A DNA stretch of 30,944 bases from Pseudomonadota bacterium (GTDB taxonomy: Bacteria; Bdellovibrionota_G; JALEGL01; DATDPG01). Shown here one piece after another: positions 7,817 through 16,921 of this stretch. The stretch is from positions 1 to 30,944 of the forward strand of contig JAZDIZ010000014.1 in NCBI GenBank assembly GCA_043804515.1, written 5' to 3'. Position 1 is the stretch's first letter; each line of letters begins with the position of its first letter. The notes under the pieces were generated by a model, which was not told the DNA's origin, ran no database searches, and saw only the letters and a program-made list of their open reading frames with translations. The translations under genes were made by a program, and so were the position numbers.

Positions 7817-9163
7817 ATGTTTGATCGTCTTCAAGAGCGGTTTGAGCGGGTGTTTCGTACCCTACGAGGTCTCGGAAAAATCCGCGAATCGAACATCCAG
7901 GAAGCCCTGGCGGAGGTACGCGCCAGCCTTTTGGAGGCCGACGTGCAGTACCGCGTGGTCCAGTCGTTCATCGATGCCGTGCGAACCAAAGCCTTGGGCG
8001 AAGCCGTATTGACGAGCGTCAATCCGGGCCAGCAATTCATCAAGATCATCTACGACGAGTTGGTCCGGATCCTCGGGGGGGCCTCGCCCGAGCTTCCTTC
8101 CCCGAAGGACGGGCCTCTCGTGATTCTGATCACGGGACTCCAAGGATCCGGAAAGACCACGACCGCCGCGAAACTGGCTCTTCATCTTCGGGATCAACGG
8201 AAGCTCATGCCGATTCTCGTTCCTGCGGACACGGCCCGCCCTGCGGCGCGCGAGCAATTGGAACAACTGGCGAAGGAAAACGGCCTTAACGTTTTCGAGA
8301 CGCGCGCCGAAACCGCCGAGAAAGTACTGAAAACGGCGTTGAAGGCGGTGAGGGATCGGGAGGTCGCCGCGAACTGCGTGATCGCGGACACGGCCGGCCG
8401 GTTGCATGTCGATGACGAGCTGATGACGGAACTTCAAACTCTCCGGGATTCGATTCACCCGGACCTCACGCTCTACGTGCTGGATGCCATGGCGGGACAG
8501 GACGCGGTGCGGGCAGCCGAGATTTTTTCAAAACGCATCGGTTTCGACGGGATCGTGGTCACGAAATTGGACGGGGACGCGCGCGGTGGCGCCGCGCTTT
8601 CGGTCGCGATGGCCACCCAAAAGCCGATCTATTTTGTGGGATTGGGGGAACGGGTGGACGCGTTGGAGCGTCTCCACCCCGATCGGATGGCGTCGCGAAT
8701 TCTCGGGATGGGAGACGTCGTGTCTCTGGTGGAGAAGGCTCAGGAGACGGTGGATCTCGGGAAGGCCGAGGAGTTGGCGCAAAAGTTGCGCAAGAACGAA
8801 TTCACGATCGAGGATTTTCAGGAACAGCTCCAGGCCATGAAGAAGCTCGGCTCGATCGAGCAGATTCTGGAGTTCATCCCCGGAGCGGGGCAGCTCAAGC
8901 AGGCGCTTGCGGGCGGCCTTCCGGAAAAAGAGTTCCGGCGCGTGGATGCCATCATCAAGTCGATGACGGTGACGGAGAGGCAAAGCCCTCAAGTCCTGAA
9001 CGGAGGGCGCCGTAAGAGGATCGCCGACGGCAGCGGGACGTCCGTCGCGGACGTGAACCGCTTCATCAAACAGTTTCTCCAGACGCGGACGATGATGTCG
9101 CGGCTAAGCCGCGTTGGAGCCAAAGGAATGCGCCGCGGAGGGTTCAACCCGTTTATTTCGTAG
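7817..9163 (+). CDS. ffh: Signal recognition particle protein Ffh
   Basis: ALLEADV-like SLLEADV, GLQGSGKTTT, DTAGRL, TKLDGDARGGAALS, RMASRILGMGD, and M domain (IIKSMT..ER, RRKRIADGSG). Confidence 0.98.
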   Translation: MFDRLQERFERVFRTLRGLGKIRESNIQEALAEVRASLLEADVQYRVVQSFIDAVRTKALGEAVLTSVNPGQQFIKIIYDELVRILGGASPELPSPKDGPLVILITGLQGSGKTTTAAKLALHLRDQRKLMPILVPADTARPAAREQLEQLAKENGLNVFETRAETAEKVLKTALKAVRDREVAANCVIADTAGRLHVDDELMTELQTLRDSIHPDLTLYVLDAMAGQDAVRAAEIFSKRIGFDGIVVTKLDGDARGGAALSVAMATQKPIYFVGLGERVDALERLHPDRMASRILGMGDVVSLVEKAQETVDLGKAEELAQKLRKNEFTIEDFQEQLQAMKKLGSIEQILEFIPGAGQLKQALAGGLPEKEFRRVDAIIKSMTVTERQSPQVLNGGRRKRIADGSGTSVADVNRFIKQFLQTRTMMSRLSRVGAKGMRRGGFNPFIS

Positions 9164-9185
9164 GTTTAGGAAGGGAGCTTCGATT

Positions 9186-9449
9186 ATGGCAGTGACGATT
9201 CGATTGACCAAAACAGGCCGGAAAAATTTCCACTTCTATCGGGTGGTGGTAGCCGACCAAAGACGCAAACGGGACGGACGGAACATCGAAATGGTGGGCC
9301 GCTACGATCCGAGGGACAAGACGCTGAAAGGACTCACGTTGAAGTCGGACCGGATCTCGTACTGGGTCGGCAAAGGAGCGAGGCCGACGGCGCGCGTGGC
9401 GCATCTGATCAAAAACTTCGCCAAGCTTTCCCAGCCGAAATCGGCTTAA
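9186..9449 (+). CDS. rpsP: 30S ribosomal protein S16
   Basis: MAVTIRLTKTGRK...FYRVVVADQRRKRDGRNIE.VG.YDP...YWVGKGARPT. ATG at 9186 follows the RBS AAGGGAG. Confidence 0.97.
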   Translation: MAVTIRLTKTGRKNFHFYRVVVADQRRKRDGRNIEMVGRYDPRDKTLKGLTLKSDRISYWVGKGARPTARVAHLIKNFAKLSQPKSA

Positions 9450-9461
9450 CGGAGCAATTCG

Positions 9462-9692
9462 ATGAAGGAACTCGTCACGTTCGTGGCCAAGAATCTGGTG
9501 GAACACCCCGAGGAGGTGGACGTGAAGGAGATCGCCGGAGAGAAGACGACGGTGCTCGAGCTTCGCGTGAACCAGGAAGACCTGGGGCGTGTGATCGGCA
9601 AAGGCGGGCGCACGGCCAAGGCGATCCGGACGGTGCTGAGCGCCGCCAGCGTCCAGGACAACAAACGGGTGATTCTGGAGATCATCAGTTGA
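9462..9692 (+). CDS. khpA: KH-domain RNA-binding protein KhpA (UPF0109)
   Basis: DLGRVIGKGGRTAKAIR (GxxG KH motif); canonical position between rpsP and rimM. Confidence 0.95.
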   Translation: MKELVTFVAKNLVEHPEEVDVKEIAGEKTTVLELRVNQEDLGRVIGKGGRTAKAIRTVLSAASVQDNKRVILEIIS

Positions 9693-10207
9693 ACGAAACG
9701 CCCCTCATCGCGCTGGGCCGGATCGGGAGGTCCAAAGGCCTCAAAGGGGAGGTCTATCTCGACCTCTACAACCCCGATTCGGACACGATCGGGAGCGTGA
9801 AACGGGTATTCGTGGGACGGGCACGCGAAACCGCGAAGCCGTTCATCGTTCGCGATGTGCGGGTCCAATCACGCCGCCGGACGATCCGGTTCGAAGGAAT
9901 CGACGGCGTGGAGGATGTGAAGGCGCTGGTGGGACAGCAGCTGTTCGTTTCCCGCAAGGACCTTCCGGCGCTCAAGAAAGGGGAATATTACGTTTCGGAC
10001 CTGCTGGGGATGGATGTGGAATCCGTCGACGGGGAAAAGTTGGGCCGGCTTGAAGCCGTGATGCCGACACCCGCGAACGACGTCTACGTGGTCCAGGGCC
10101 CGTCGGGGGAACGGTTGTTCCCGGCGATTCCCGGCGTCGTAAGAAAAATTGATGTGAAAGGCAGGAAGATCGTGCTGAATCCTCCGGAGGAAACGGATGC
10201 GGTTTGA
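9689..10207 (+). CDS. rimM: 16S rRNA processing protein RimM
   Basis: GRIGRSKGLKGEV, EYYVSDLLGMDV, ANDVYVV; synteny; TTG start overlaps the khpA stop. Confidence 0.95.
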   Translation: MNETPLIALGRIGRSKGLKGEVYLDLYNPDSDTIGSVKRVFVGRARETAKPFIVRDVRVQSRRRTIRFEGIDGVEDVKALVGQQLFVSRKDLPALKKGEYYVSDLLGMDVESVDGEKLGRLEAVMPTPANDVYVVQGPSGERLFPAIPGVVRKIDVKGRKIVLNPPEETDAV

Positions 10208-10919
10208 CGTGATCACGATCTTCCCCCGCTGGTTCGAGGCCCTCGAAGTCACGAAGATCTGGAGCCGGGCTCAGGAGAACGGGCTTGTCGACTTTCGAGT
10301 CCATGACCTGCGCGATTTCGCCGAAGGACCCCATCGGACGGTGGACGACGTACCTTTCGGCGGCGGTCCGGGCATGGTGCTCAAAGTGGAACCCCTCGTG
10401 AAGGCCGTGGAGTCCGTTGAGGCGATGCCGGGGCGGAAGATCCTTTGTACCACTCCCCAGGGCCGGCCGCTCACGCAAGCCTGGGCCGAGGAGCTTTCGC
10501 GGCTTCCGCAGCTGGTGATCATTGCCGGGCGCTACGAGGGAGTCGATGAACGGTTCGTGGAAGGCTGGGTGGACGAAACTTTTTCGATCGGAGATTATGT
10601 CCTTTCCGGCGGGGAATTGCCCGCCATGGTGCTTGTTGAAACCGTGGGCCGGCTGATTCCGGGGGTCGTTGGGGACGCCGAATCGGTGGCATCCGACTCG
10701 TTCACATCGGGCCGCCTGAAGTTCCCCCAATACACACGGCCGGCGGTGTTCCGCGACCGTGAAGTACCCGGCGTGCTGCGCTCCGGCAACCACGCGCAGA
10801 TTGAAAAATGGAGAATGGAGAAATCCGTCGAGAGGACCCGCGCCAAAAGGCCCGATCTTCTTGAGGAAAGCAAAATGACGAGGAGTTCGAGCCATGAACG
10901 CACGAGAAATTATCGATAG
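10197..10919 (+). CDS. trmD: tRNA (guanine-37-N1)-methyltransferase
   Basis: [46 protein letters not shown]. Confidence 0.98.
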   Translation: MRFDVITIFPRWFEALEVTKIWSRAQENGLVDFRVHDLRDFAEGPHRTVDDVPFGGGPGMVLKVEPLVKAVESVEAMPGRKILCTTPQGRPLTQAWAEELSRLPQLVIIAGRYEGVDERFVEGWVDETFSIGDYVLSGGELPAMVLVETVGRLIPGVVGDAESVASDSFTSGRLKFPQYTRPAVFRDREVPGVLRSGNHAQIEKWRMEKSVERTRAKRPDLLEESKMTRSSSHERTRNYR

Positions 10920-11334
10920 TTTGGAAAAGAAACCGAAGCTTCCGAAGTTCCGTACGGGGGATACCGTACGGGTTCACGTGAAGATCCGCGAAGGCGAAAA
11001 AGAACGCATCCAAGTGTTCGAAGGGGTCGTGATCAAGCGGCGTCGGGGCGGGAACGGGGCGAGCTTCACCGTCCGCAAAATCTCGTACGGCATAGGCGTG
11101 GAACGGATGTTCGCCGACCGGAGCCCGTCCATCGAGCGAGTGGAGCTTACGCAGCGCGGGAAAGTCCGCCGCGCCCGGCTTTATTACCTGCGCTCGAGAC
11201 GGGGCAAACAATCCACCGTCGAGGGGACGATGGCTTTCGAGAAGGAAGAGGGGATTGCGGAACCGACGGCCGCGGTGGAATCCGTGGAAAACAAAACTTC
11301 GGCAGGCGTGGCGACCCAGCCAACCGCGGTCTGA
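10894..11334 (+). CDS. rplS: 50S ribosomal protein L19 with Ala/Glu/Thr-rich C-terminal tail
   Basis: [54 protein letters not shown]. Confidence 0.98.
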   Translation: MNAREIIDSLEKKPKLPKFRTGDTVRVHVKIREGEKERIQVFEGVVIKRRRGGNGASFTVRKISYGIGVERMFADRSPSIERVELTQRGKVRRARLYYLRSRRGKQSTVEGTMAFEKEEGIAEPTAAVESVENKTSAGVATQPTAV

Positions 11335-11482
11335 CGCGCACGGATCGCCAAAACCGGCATCAGGCAGCTTGGCAGCGGATTCGGTCCCAGATGTCGGGCA
11401 TCAGGGAGAAGAATGAGTCAGGCGATAGAGACAGGCTCCAACATGGTCGGTGAGATCCAATACCGACGCTGGAATTCCTCGT

Positions 11483-11645
11483 AATTCCGAGATCCGAGGT
11501 CCAGTTTTCCGTATTCCGGATCCGAAACCGTTGCCCGTTGCCGGTCACGGAGACTGCTGCCCCGTTGCCCGCTGCCTGATCTCTTTCCTGACCCGGGTCC
11601 GGATAACGGATCACGGAAATCGGACTACGGATTCCGGTTTCCGGG
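11483..11645. repeat. Opposed degenerate heptamer tandem arrays (TCCG-nnn ... CGGA-nnn)
   Basis: TCC(G/A) at 11486, 11493, 11500, 11508, 11515, 11521. CGG at strict 7-bp period at 11600, 11607, 11614, 11621, 11628, 11635, 11642. CCGTTGC units lie between the two arrays. Confidence 0.75.
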
Positions 11646-11702
11646 GTCTCTTAAGTTTCAGCGGAAAATCTGCCGTTTCCCTGATACATAGTCGCAACTA
11701 GA

Positions 11703-13475
11703 ATGCGTCTCATCGAGGTACTGCTGGAGGGTGTCCCCGCCACCAAAGGGGTGATGCAGTACCGTTTCGAGCCCGGGCTCAACCCCTGGAAACAGAAGGG
11801 GACGTTTCCGATCGCGACGATCGTGGATGTCGTGGAAAGCCTTCTTTATCCCGCCACCCGCGAACGAGAGACGCTCGGCCCCGCAAAAAGCCGGCGGGCC
11901 GGCATGACGTTCCAGGCGCGGGACATCACGTACCGCCTCGTACGGGATTTTGCGTCCAAGAAGACCGTTCTCTCCCAGCTGCTGCCCGGCTCCCAGGATC
12001 AATTCCGGGAGCTTTCCAGCGAACCTCGTTTTATCGCGGAGACCCTCACCCGGGCCGTCCGGATTCCAGGTCACCGGGTCTTTCGCACTCTGCTCGTGGC
12101 ATGCCCGGGCAAAATCGGAGCGGATCCCTCCCCGGCGACCAGGGCCAATAAAGAACCTCCAACTTTGGTGAGTCGTGAGGAGAGGTTGTGGGCGCTCAGG
12201 GCGGAGCAAGAGAACCTCCAACGGATCGAACGGATCGAAGGGAGAATCGACGAACTCCAGGCCGGGATTTTCCGCGTTGACGAGGAGCTCCTGAAACTCA
12301 CGGGCCCGCGCGAAGAGACGGCACGCATCGAGCGCGAATATTCGGAATACCAGGTCCTCGACCGGGAAGGGCTCATCACGCCCCAGACGCTGGCCCGATT
12401 GAAAGGGGCGGGTGCCCTTGTGGAGAAGCGCGCGCAGGATCTAAGGGCGTTGGAAGAGAAAGCCCAGGAATGGACGCAGGAACTTGTGGGCATCCCCGAG
12501 CGGGCGTGGTGGAAGGAGCCCCTCGCGTGGGGAGGCGCCATTCTGGCCGTGGGTTCCTTTGTGGCCTCGACGGTGGGTCGGGCGTGGCTTGCGACGTGGA
12601 TGCTCCTTTCCGTATCCGGCATCCTTTCGGTGGCGGCGGGATATCTCAGAAACTTCAGGACAGCGGAGCGGATCAAGGGGAGCCGCGCCAAGATCAAGAG
12701 CCTGGATGCGGAAAAGGCGGGGATCGAGAAGCGATTCGAGATCGAATCCGCGACGGTAAAAAATCTGTGCTCGGTAGTCGGCGAAAGGGACCCGCAAGAA
12801 ATTCTGGCTAAGGTGGAGCGCTGGAGGGAGCTCCGGGAACAGCGAACGAACGCGCACGCGGCGCTTCGGATAACCGAGAAACGCGTTCCGGAAGAAGCGT
12901 TGCGCCGGGAACGGGAACATCTTGCGGACGAAGCGGCGCGTTTGGAGCAGGAACAAGCGCAAATTTCTCCCTCCTCCATGGACCCCAACCTCCTGGATCA
13001 AGAGATCCGGGAGCTCGGAGCCGTGGTGGACAAAGCAGAACCTTCGCTGGTCTCGATGAAGACGGCGGAGAGCGGGGGAGGTGATCCGATGTATGCGCTT
13101 CTCGAGGCGGCGGCCGAAGCCGTGGAACAGAAACCCTTGGAAGTGCTGGCCCAATGCCAAAAGGCCATGGATGCAAACCTTCTCGCGATCACGGATCGGA
13201 AATTCATCGGGATCCAAGTCCAGGGTTCCGGTTTTTGCGCGTTGGTCGCCGCTTCCGGGATCCCGGTTTTGTGGCCGGAACTGGATTCACATCAGAAGGC
13301 CCTGTCGCACTTCTGCGTTCAATTCACGCTTTGGCAACTCCTGGCGGGCTTGCGCCCCATGCCCTTCGTGGTCGATCTCGTCTCGGCGCCGACGGACGCG
13401 GTGACGGTAAAGGTCACGCTTTCGGCGGCACGGCACCTCGCGAAGAAAGCTCAGGTGGTGGTACTGGCTCCGTAA
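11703..13475 (+). CDS. SMC/Rad50/YhaN-like coiled-coil membrane protein with degenerate ATPase motifs
   Basis: N-terminus MRLIEVLLEG..FEPGLN resembles the SbcC/YhaN head. Long heptad-rich helices flank a central double hydrophobic segment (~aa 272-318). The C-terminus MPFVVD...LAKKAQVVVL resembles the Walker B/H-loop region. Confidence 0.7.
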   Translation: MRLIEVLLEGVPATKGVMQYRFEPGLNPWKQKGTFPIATIVDVVESLLYPATRERETLGPAKSRRAGMTFQARDITYRLVRDFASKKTVLSQLLPGSQDQFRELSSEPRFIAETLTRAVRIPGHRVFRTLLVACPGKIGADPSPATRANKEPPTLVSREERLWALRAEQENLQRIERIEGRIDELQAGIFRVDEELLKLTGPREETARIEREYSEYQVLDREGLITPQTLARLKGAGALVEKRAQDLRALEEKAQEWTQELVGIPERAWWKEPLAWGGAILAVGSFVASTVGRAWLATWMLLSVSGILSVAAGYLRNFRTAERIKGSRAKIKSLDAEKAGIEKRFEIESATVKNLCSVVGERDPQEILAKVERWRELREQRTNAHAALRITEKRVPEEALRREREHLADEAARLEQEQAQISPSSMDPNLLDQEIRELGAVVDKAEPSLVSMKTAESGGGDPMYALLEAAAEAVEQKPLEVLAQCQKAMDANLLAITDRKFIGIQVQGSGFCALVAASGIPVLWPELDSHQKALSHFCVQFTLWQLLAGLRPMPFVVDLVSAPTDAVTVKVTLSAARHLAKKAQVVVLAP

Positions 13476-14037
13476 GCTTGAGGAGTTTCGCTTTGCAATC
13501 TCCGGCCCGTCCTTCCTGGAGATCTTTGAGTGCCGCGTCCAGTTCCGCCCGCTGCGTTCCGAGCACCGAGATGGCCTCGTTCAGTTTCTCGCCGAACGTG
13601 ATTAGCAGGTCGTTTTTCCTCAAGCGCACCTGCTGGGGAATCGCCCCGCGGGAAATCGCCTGTAGCTTTTGCGACATCGCATAGAGCGGCCCGGCGATGC
13701 GGTGGCTGAAGAAAAGACCCAACAACCCGATGAAAATGGCTTCCCCGACGGTCGTGAAGACCACCGTAGTGAGAAAGAGTTTGTAGCTTTGCCGCAAAAG
13801 ATCGTCCGTGAGCAGGTATTCGGGGATGTATCCGGCCATCCGATAAAAGGTTTCCCGGGAGTAAAAATAAACGAGCGCGCTGAAATACGCTGCGTTGATG
13901 ACCCCGACAATGGCGAGCAGCAGTGCGAAGTTCCATTGCAACTTCTTGTCGAGGAAGAGATAGTTCCGAAGTTTCCGCCGCCTGAATTTCTGCCAAAAGG
14001 TGAGAGATCCGCCAGGGGCACTTTCAGTCGAGTTCAT
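13414..14037 (-). CDS. Two-TM membrane protein with HAMP-like domain and no output domain
   Basis: Basic N-terminus (RRRKLRNYL), two TM segments, then SHRIAGPLYAMSQKLQAISRG..QVRLRKND...GEKLNEAI (HAMP-like). Overlaps the convergent gene by 62 bp. Confidence 0.75.
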   Translation of the reverse strand: MNSTESAPGGSLTFWQKFRRRKLRNYLFLDKKLQWNFALLLAIVGVINAAYFSALVYFYSRETFYRMAGYIPEYLLTDDLLRQSYKLFLTTVVFTTVGEAIFIGLLGLFFSHRIAGPLYAMSQKLQAISRGAIPQQVRLRKNDLLITFGEKLNEAISVLGTQRAELDAALKDLQEGRAGDCKAKLLKLTEPVPPPELSSRGAVPPKA

Positions 14038-14357
14038 GATTCCTTAATCCTTGTCCAAGTCTGCGGAAGGGGTCAAGAAAACGTTTGCCCGGACGGGAGC
14101 GTGGCTTCCGCGGAGCGATGCTTTATTCGGAGCCGGCGGCCGACCAGATGAGCGGGCAAGAGAACGTTCCCGGGACGCGAACGGTGACGCGGCGAAGCAT
14201 TCGCCCCCGGTCGAATCTCGCATTTACGCGAATCAGCGCGATAAAATCCTGAATGCATTGACCTTCTTTCCAAGAAAAGGCGCCCTCGGAGACTAGGAAA
14301 CAAATACATAATTAAGCTAAGTTTTCATTAATTCGATACAAAGTTGCTTTAACTTTC

Positions 14358-14387
14358 TTGACTCCGGAGGAGCTCTTCCCTTACCCT
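14358..14387 (+). promoter_or_regulatory. Possible sigma70 promoter for the HTH-pilMNOPQ operon
   Basis: TTGACT at 14358 and TACCCT 18 bp downstream, preceded by an unusually AT-rich tract (14296-14357). Confidence 0.35.
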
Positions 14388-14492
14388 TTTATGGTCGTCC
14401 CTCACCTTCGCTGGGCTCATTCGTATATTCCCTCTCATCGGTGAGAAAAAAGATGAAGGACCTTTTTAAGGGCACTAAAGGGAAGAAACGTC

Positions 14493-14699
14493 GTGAACAA
14501 TAAAAACAGGAACAACGTTCGCAAGCTCCGAGAGCAGCTTTTGATGAGCAAAGCCGAGTTGGCCAAAGCCGCGGGACTTTCGGTTCTGACCGTGGACCGC
14601 GTGGAGCGCGGCGAGGAATGTCGGGTGGCTACGAAACGCAAGATCATCAAAGCCTTGGGCCTCAACCTCGGGGACAAGAACCGGGTATTCGGGCACTAG
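14493..14699 (+). CDS. Small XRE-family helix-turn-helix protein
   Basis: VRKLREQLLMSKAELAKAAGLSVLTVDRVERGEECRVATKRKIIKALG; GTG start; immediately upstream of pilM. Confidence 0.9.
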   Translation: MNNKNRNNVRKLREQLLMSKAELAKAAGLSVLTVDRVERGEECRVATKRKIIKALGLNLGDKNRVFGH

Positions 14700-14715
14700 G
14701 CGGGAAGGAGATCAC

Positions 14716-15792
14716 GTGTTCGGCGGCAGCAAAAACCTGGTCGGGATCGATATCGGATCCAGCTCCATCAAACTGGTGGAGGTCAAGCGGGGGAAAAAGG
14801 GAATCTCCCTCGTTCACTTCCGGATGGTGCCCCTGCCGTCCGAGACGATCGTGGACGGCGCCATCATGAACGCCGCAGCCGTCGTGGAGGCTCTCAACGA
14901 GCTTCTCGCCCAGGAGAGGATCAAGACAAGGGACGTCGCCACGAGCGTTGCGGGGCACTCCGTGATCGTAAAGAAGATCAAACTCCCCCAAATGAACGAA
15001 CAGGAATTGGAGGAGTCGATCCAGTGGGAGGCGGAGCAGTACATTCCCTTTGACATCAACGACGTGAATATCGCCGTACAGATCCTCGGCAACGACGAGC
15101 AGGACGTCGGACAAATGGATGTTCTTCTGGTGGCGGCCAAAAAAGATCTCATCAACGACTACACCGCCGTATTGACCGAGGCGGGGCTCAATCCTCTCAT
15201 CATGGACGTCGATGCCTTCGCGATCGAGAACATGTTCGAGGCCAATTACGGCGTCCAGGAGGGCCAGACGATCGTTCTGGCCAACATCGGCGCGAGCACG
15301 ATCAACCTGAACATTCTGAAGAACGGCGTTTCCACGTTCACCCGCGACATTTCCATGGGCGGAAACCAATTCACGGAAGAGATCCAGAAACAGCTCAACG
15401 TGAGTTACGAGGAAGCGGAATCGTTGAAATTGGGCGGCGAACTCGGCGGCCCTTCGGACACGACGGATGCGGTGATCCCACAGGAGGTGGGAGGCATTAT
15501 CCGCTCGGTTTCCGAAGCCCTGGCGGGCGAACTCCAGAGATCCCTCGACTTCTTTTCAGCCACGGCGGGGGAAAGCCGGATCGCCAAAGCGTACCTGTCG
15601 GGGGGCAGCTCCAAGGTGCCGGGGCTACCCGCGGTGATGGAAGCGAAGCTCGGGATTCCGGTAGAGATCGTGGATCCTTTCAAAAACATCCAGATCGACG
15701 AAAAGAACTTCAACGTCACTCACATCAAAGAGGTGGCGCCCGCGACTGCCGTGGCCGTGGGGTTGAGCTTGCGATACGTGGGTGACCGATGA
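14716..15792 (+). CDS. pilM: Type IV pilus assembly protein PilM
   Basis: VGIDIGSSSIKLVEV, WEAEQYIPF, VLLVAAKK, GGNQFTEEI, ELQRSLDFF, LSGGSSK, AVAVGLSLR. RBS AAGGAG precedes the GTG start. Confidence 0.97.
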   Translation: MFGGSKNLVGIDIGSSSIKLVEVKRGKKGISLVHFRMVPLPSETIVDGAIMNAAAVVEALNELLAQERIKTRDVATSVAGHSVIVKKIKLPQMNEQELEESIQWEAEQYIPFDINDVNIAVQILGNDEQDVGQMDVLLVAAKKDLINDYTAVLTEAGLNPLIMDVDAFAIENMFEANYGVQEGQTIVLANIGASTINLNILKNGVSTFTRDISMGGNQFTEEIQKQLNVSYEEAESLKLGGELGGPSDTTDAVIPQEVGGIIRSVSEALAGELQRSLDFFSATAGESRIAKAYLSGGSSKVPGLPAVMEAKLGIPVEIVDPFKNIQIDEKNFNVTHIKEVAPATAVAVGLSLRYVGDR

Positions 15793-16346
15793 TCCGGATC
15801 AACCTGCTTCCCACCAAGGCCACGCGCAAGAAGGAGAGCGTGATCTTCCAGTTGGTTTCCGCGGCCGTCGTGATCGCCGTGGGACTGGGAGTCTGCTGGT
15901 TCGTGAATCGCTCCAAACAGAGCGAGATCGACAACGAACAAGTGAACATCAACGACCTCCAGGCCAAGATCAACCAACTCCAAGGCATCATCAAGCAAGT
16001 GGAGGATTTCAAGCAGAAGAAGAGGGACCTGAACGCCAAAATCGACACCATCAAGAAGCTCAACCAGCAACGGTCGGGCCCGGTCAAACTGATGGAGGAA
16101 TTCACCTACGTGGTGCCGCGGAAAGCCTGGGTCACGACGTTCCGGGAGACAAACAAGCAGTTGACTCTGGAAGGAGTGGCTGCGGACGGGGCCGTCGTGG
16201 CCGATCTGGTCGATAACCTTCGGGGCTCCAAGTACTTCCAGGACGTGCAGCTGATCCAGGTCCAAAGCGGGGACGCGAGCGGAAAGAAGGCCCAGCGCTT
16301 CAGCATCAACTGCAGGGTGGATTACACGCCGCCGGGGAAAATCTGA
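15789..16346 (+). CDS. pilN: Type IV pilus assembly protein PilN
   Basis: MIRINLLP PilM-binding motif, single TM segment, coiled coil and ferredoxin-like C-terminal domain. Confidence 0.96.
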   Translation: MIRINLLPTKATRKKESVIFQLVSAAVVIAVGLGVCWFVNRSKQSEIDNEQVNINDLQAKINQLQGIIKQVEDFKQKKRDLNAKIDTIKKLNQQRSGPVKLMEEFTYVVPRKAWVTTFRETNKQLTLEGVAADGAVVADLVDNLRGSKYFQDVQLIQVQSGDASGKKAQRFSINCRVDYTPPGKI

Positions 16347-16921
16347 TGAACAAGATCCTGGACTTCATCTCCAAGCAACCGATCGCGGTGAAATCCGCGA
16401 TTCTTGTTGCGGTGCTGATAAGCATGGCGGTGGTTGAATATCGGGTCCTGTACGTCCCGCTGAACGCGACACACAAGGATCTTCAGAAGAGGAGGGACGA
16501 GCTCCAAGTGAAGCTCTTGGAGAACCAGGCTGTGGCGGACAATCTTCCGCTGTTCCAGGAGGAAGTGAACGTCCTGAACGAACAACTGAAACAGGCCGTG
16601 TCGCTTTTGCCCAACGAAGCCGACATCCAGGCGATTCTTCGCCAACTTTCCAATCTCGCACGGAAGAGCAATGTGGAAATGCACCTCTTCAAGCCCGGCT
16701 CGGTCGTAAGCCGGGGGTTCTATAACGAGATCTCCATGGACCTGCGGCTGGAGGGAACCTTCAACGACATCGCCATGTATCTGGATCAATTGGGCAGATT
16801 GAGCCGCATCATCAACGTACAAGATCTGTCCTTTTCGAACCAACACCAAGAAGGACGCGTCATGCGCATGACGATCGATTGCCGTGCCACGACCTTTATG
16901 TTCCGGGGAGGCGCGGGATGA
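16346..16921 (+). CDS. pilO: Type IV pilus assembly protein PilO
   Basis: TM segment plus coiled coil; LLPNEADI, FYNEISM, GTFNDIAMY, LSRIINV; synteny. Confidence 0.95.
   Translation: MNKILDFISKQPIAVKSAILVAVLISMAVVEYRVLYVPLNATHKDLQKRRDELQVKLLENQAVADNLPLFQEEVNVLNEQLKQAVSLLPNEADIQAILRQLSNLARKSNVEMHLFKPGSVVSRGFYNEISMDLRLEGTFNDIAMYLDQLGRLSRIINVQDLSFSNQHQEGRVMRMTIDCRATTFMFRGGAG

Noticed and set aside
11483..11645. Possible CRISPR array
   Set aside because: The units are 7 bp and degenerate, with no 23-47-bp repeats separated by spacers and no cas genes.
11360..11701. Short ORFs 11360..11614 (-) and 11450..11701 (+)
   Set aside because: Their translations only reflect the heptamer repeats, and they have no convincing RBS or domain.
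14038..14492. Riboswitch (e.g. cyclic di-GMP) or small ORF 14051..14296 in the pil leader
   Set aside because: I could not find the conserved aptamer motifs by eye, and the ORF lacks coding features. An Rfam scan would settle it.
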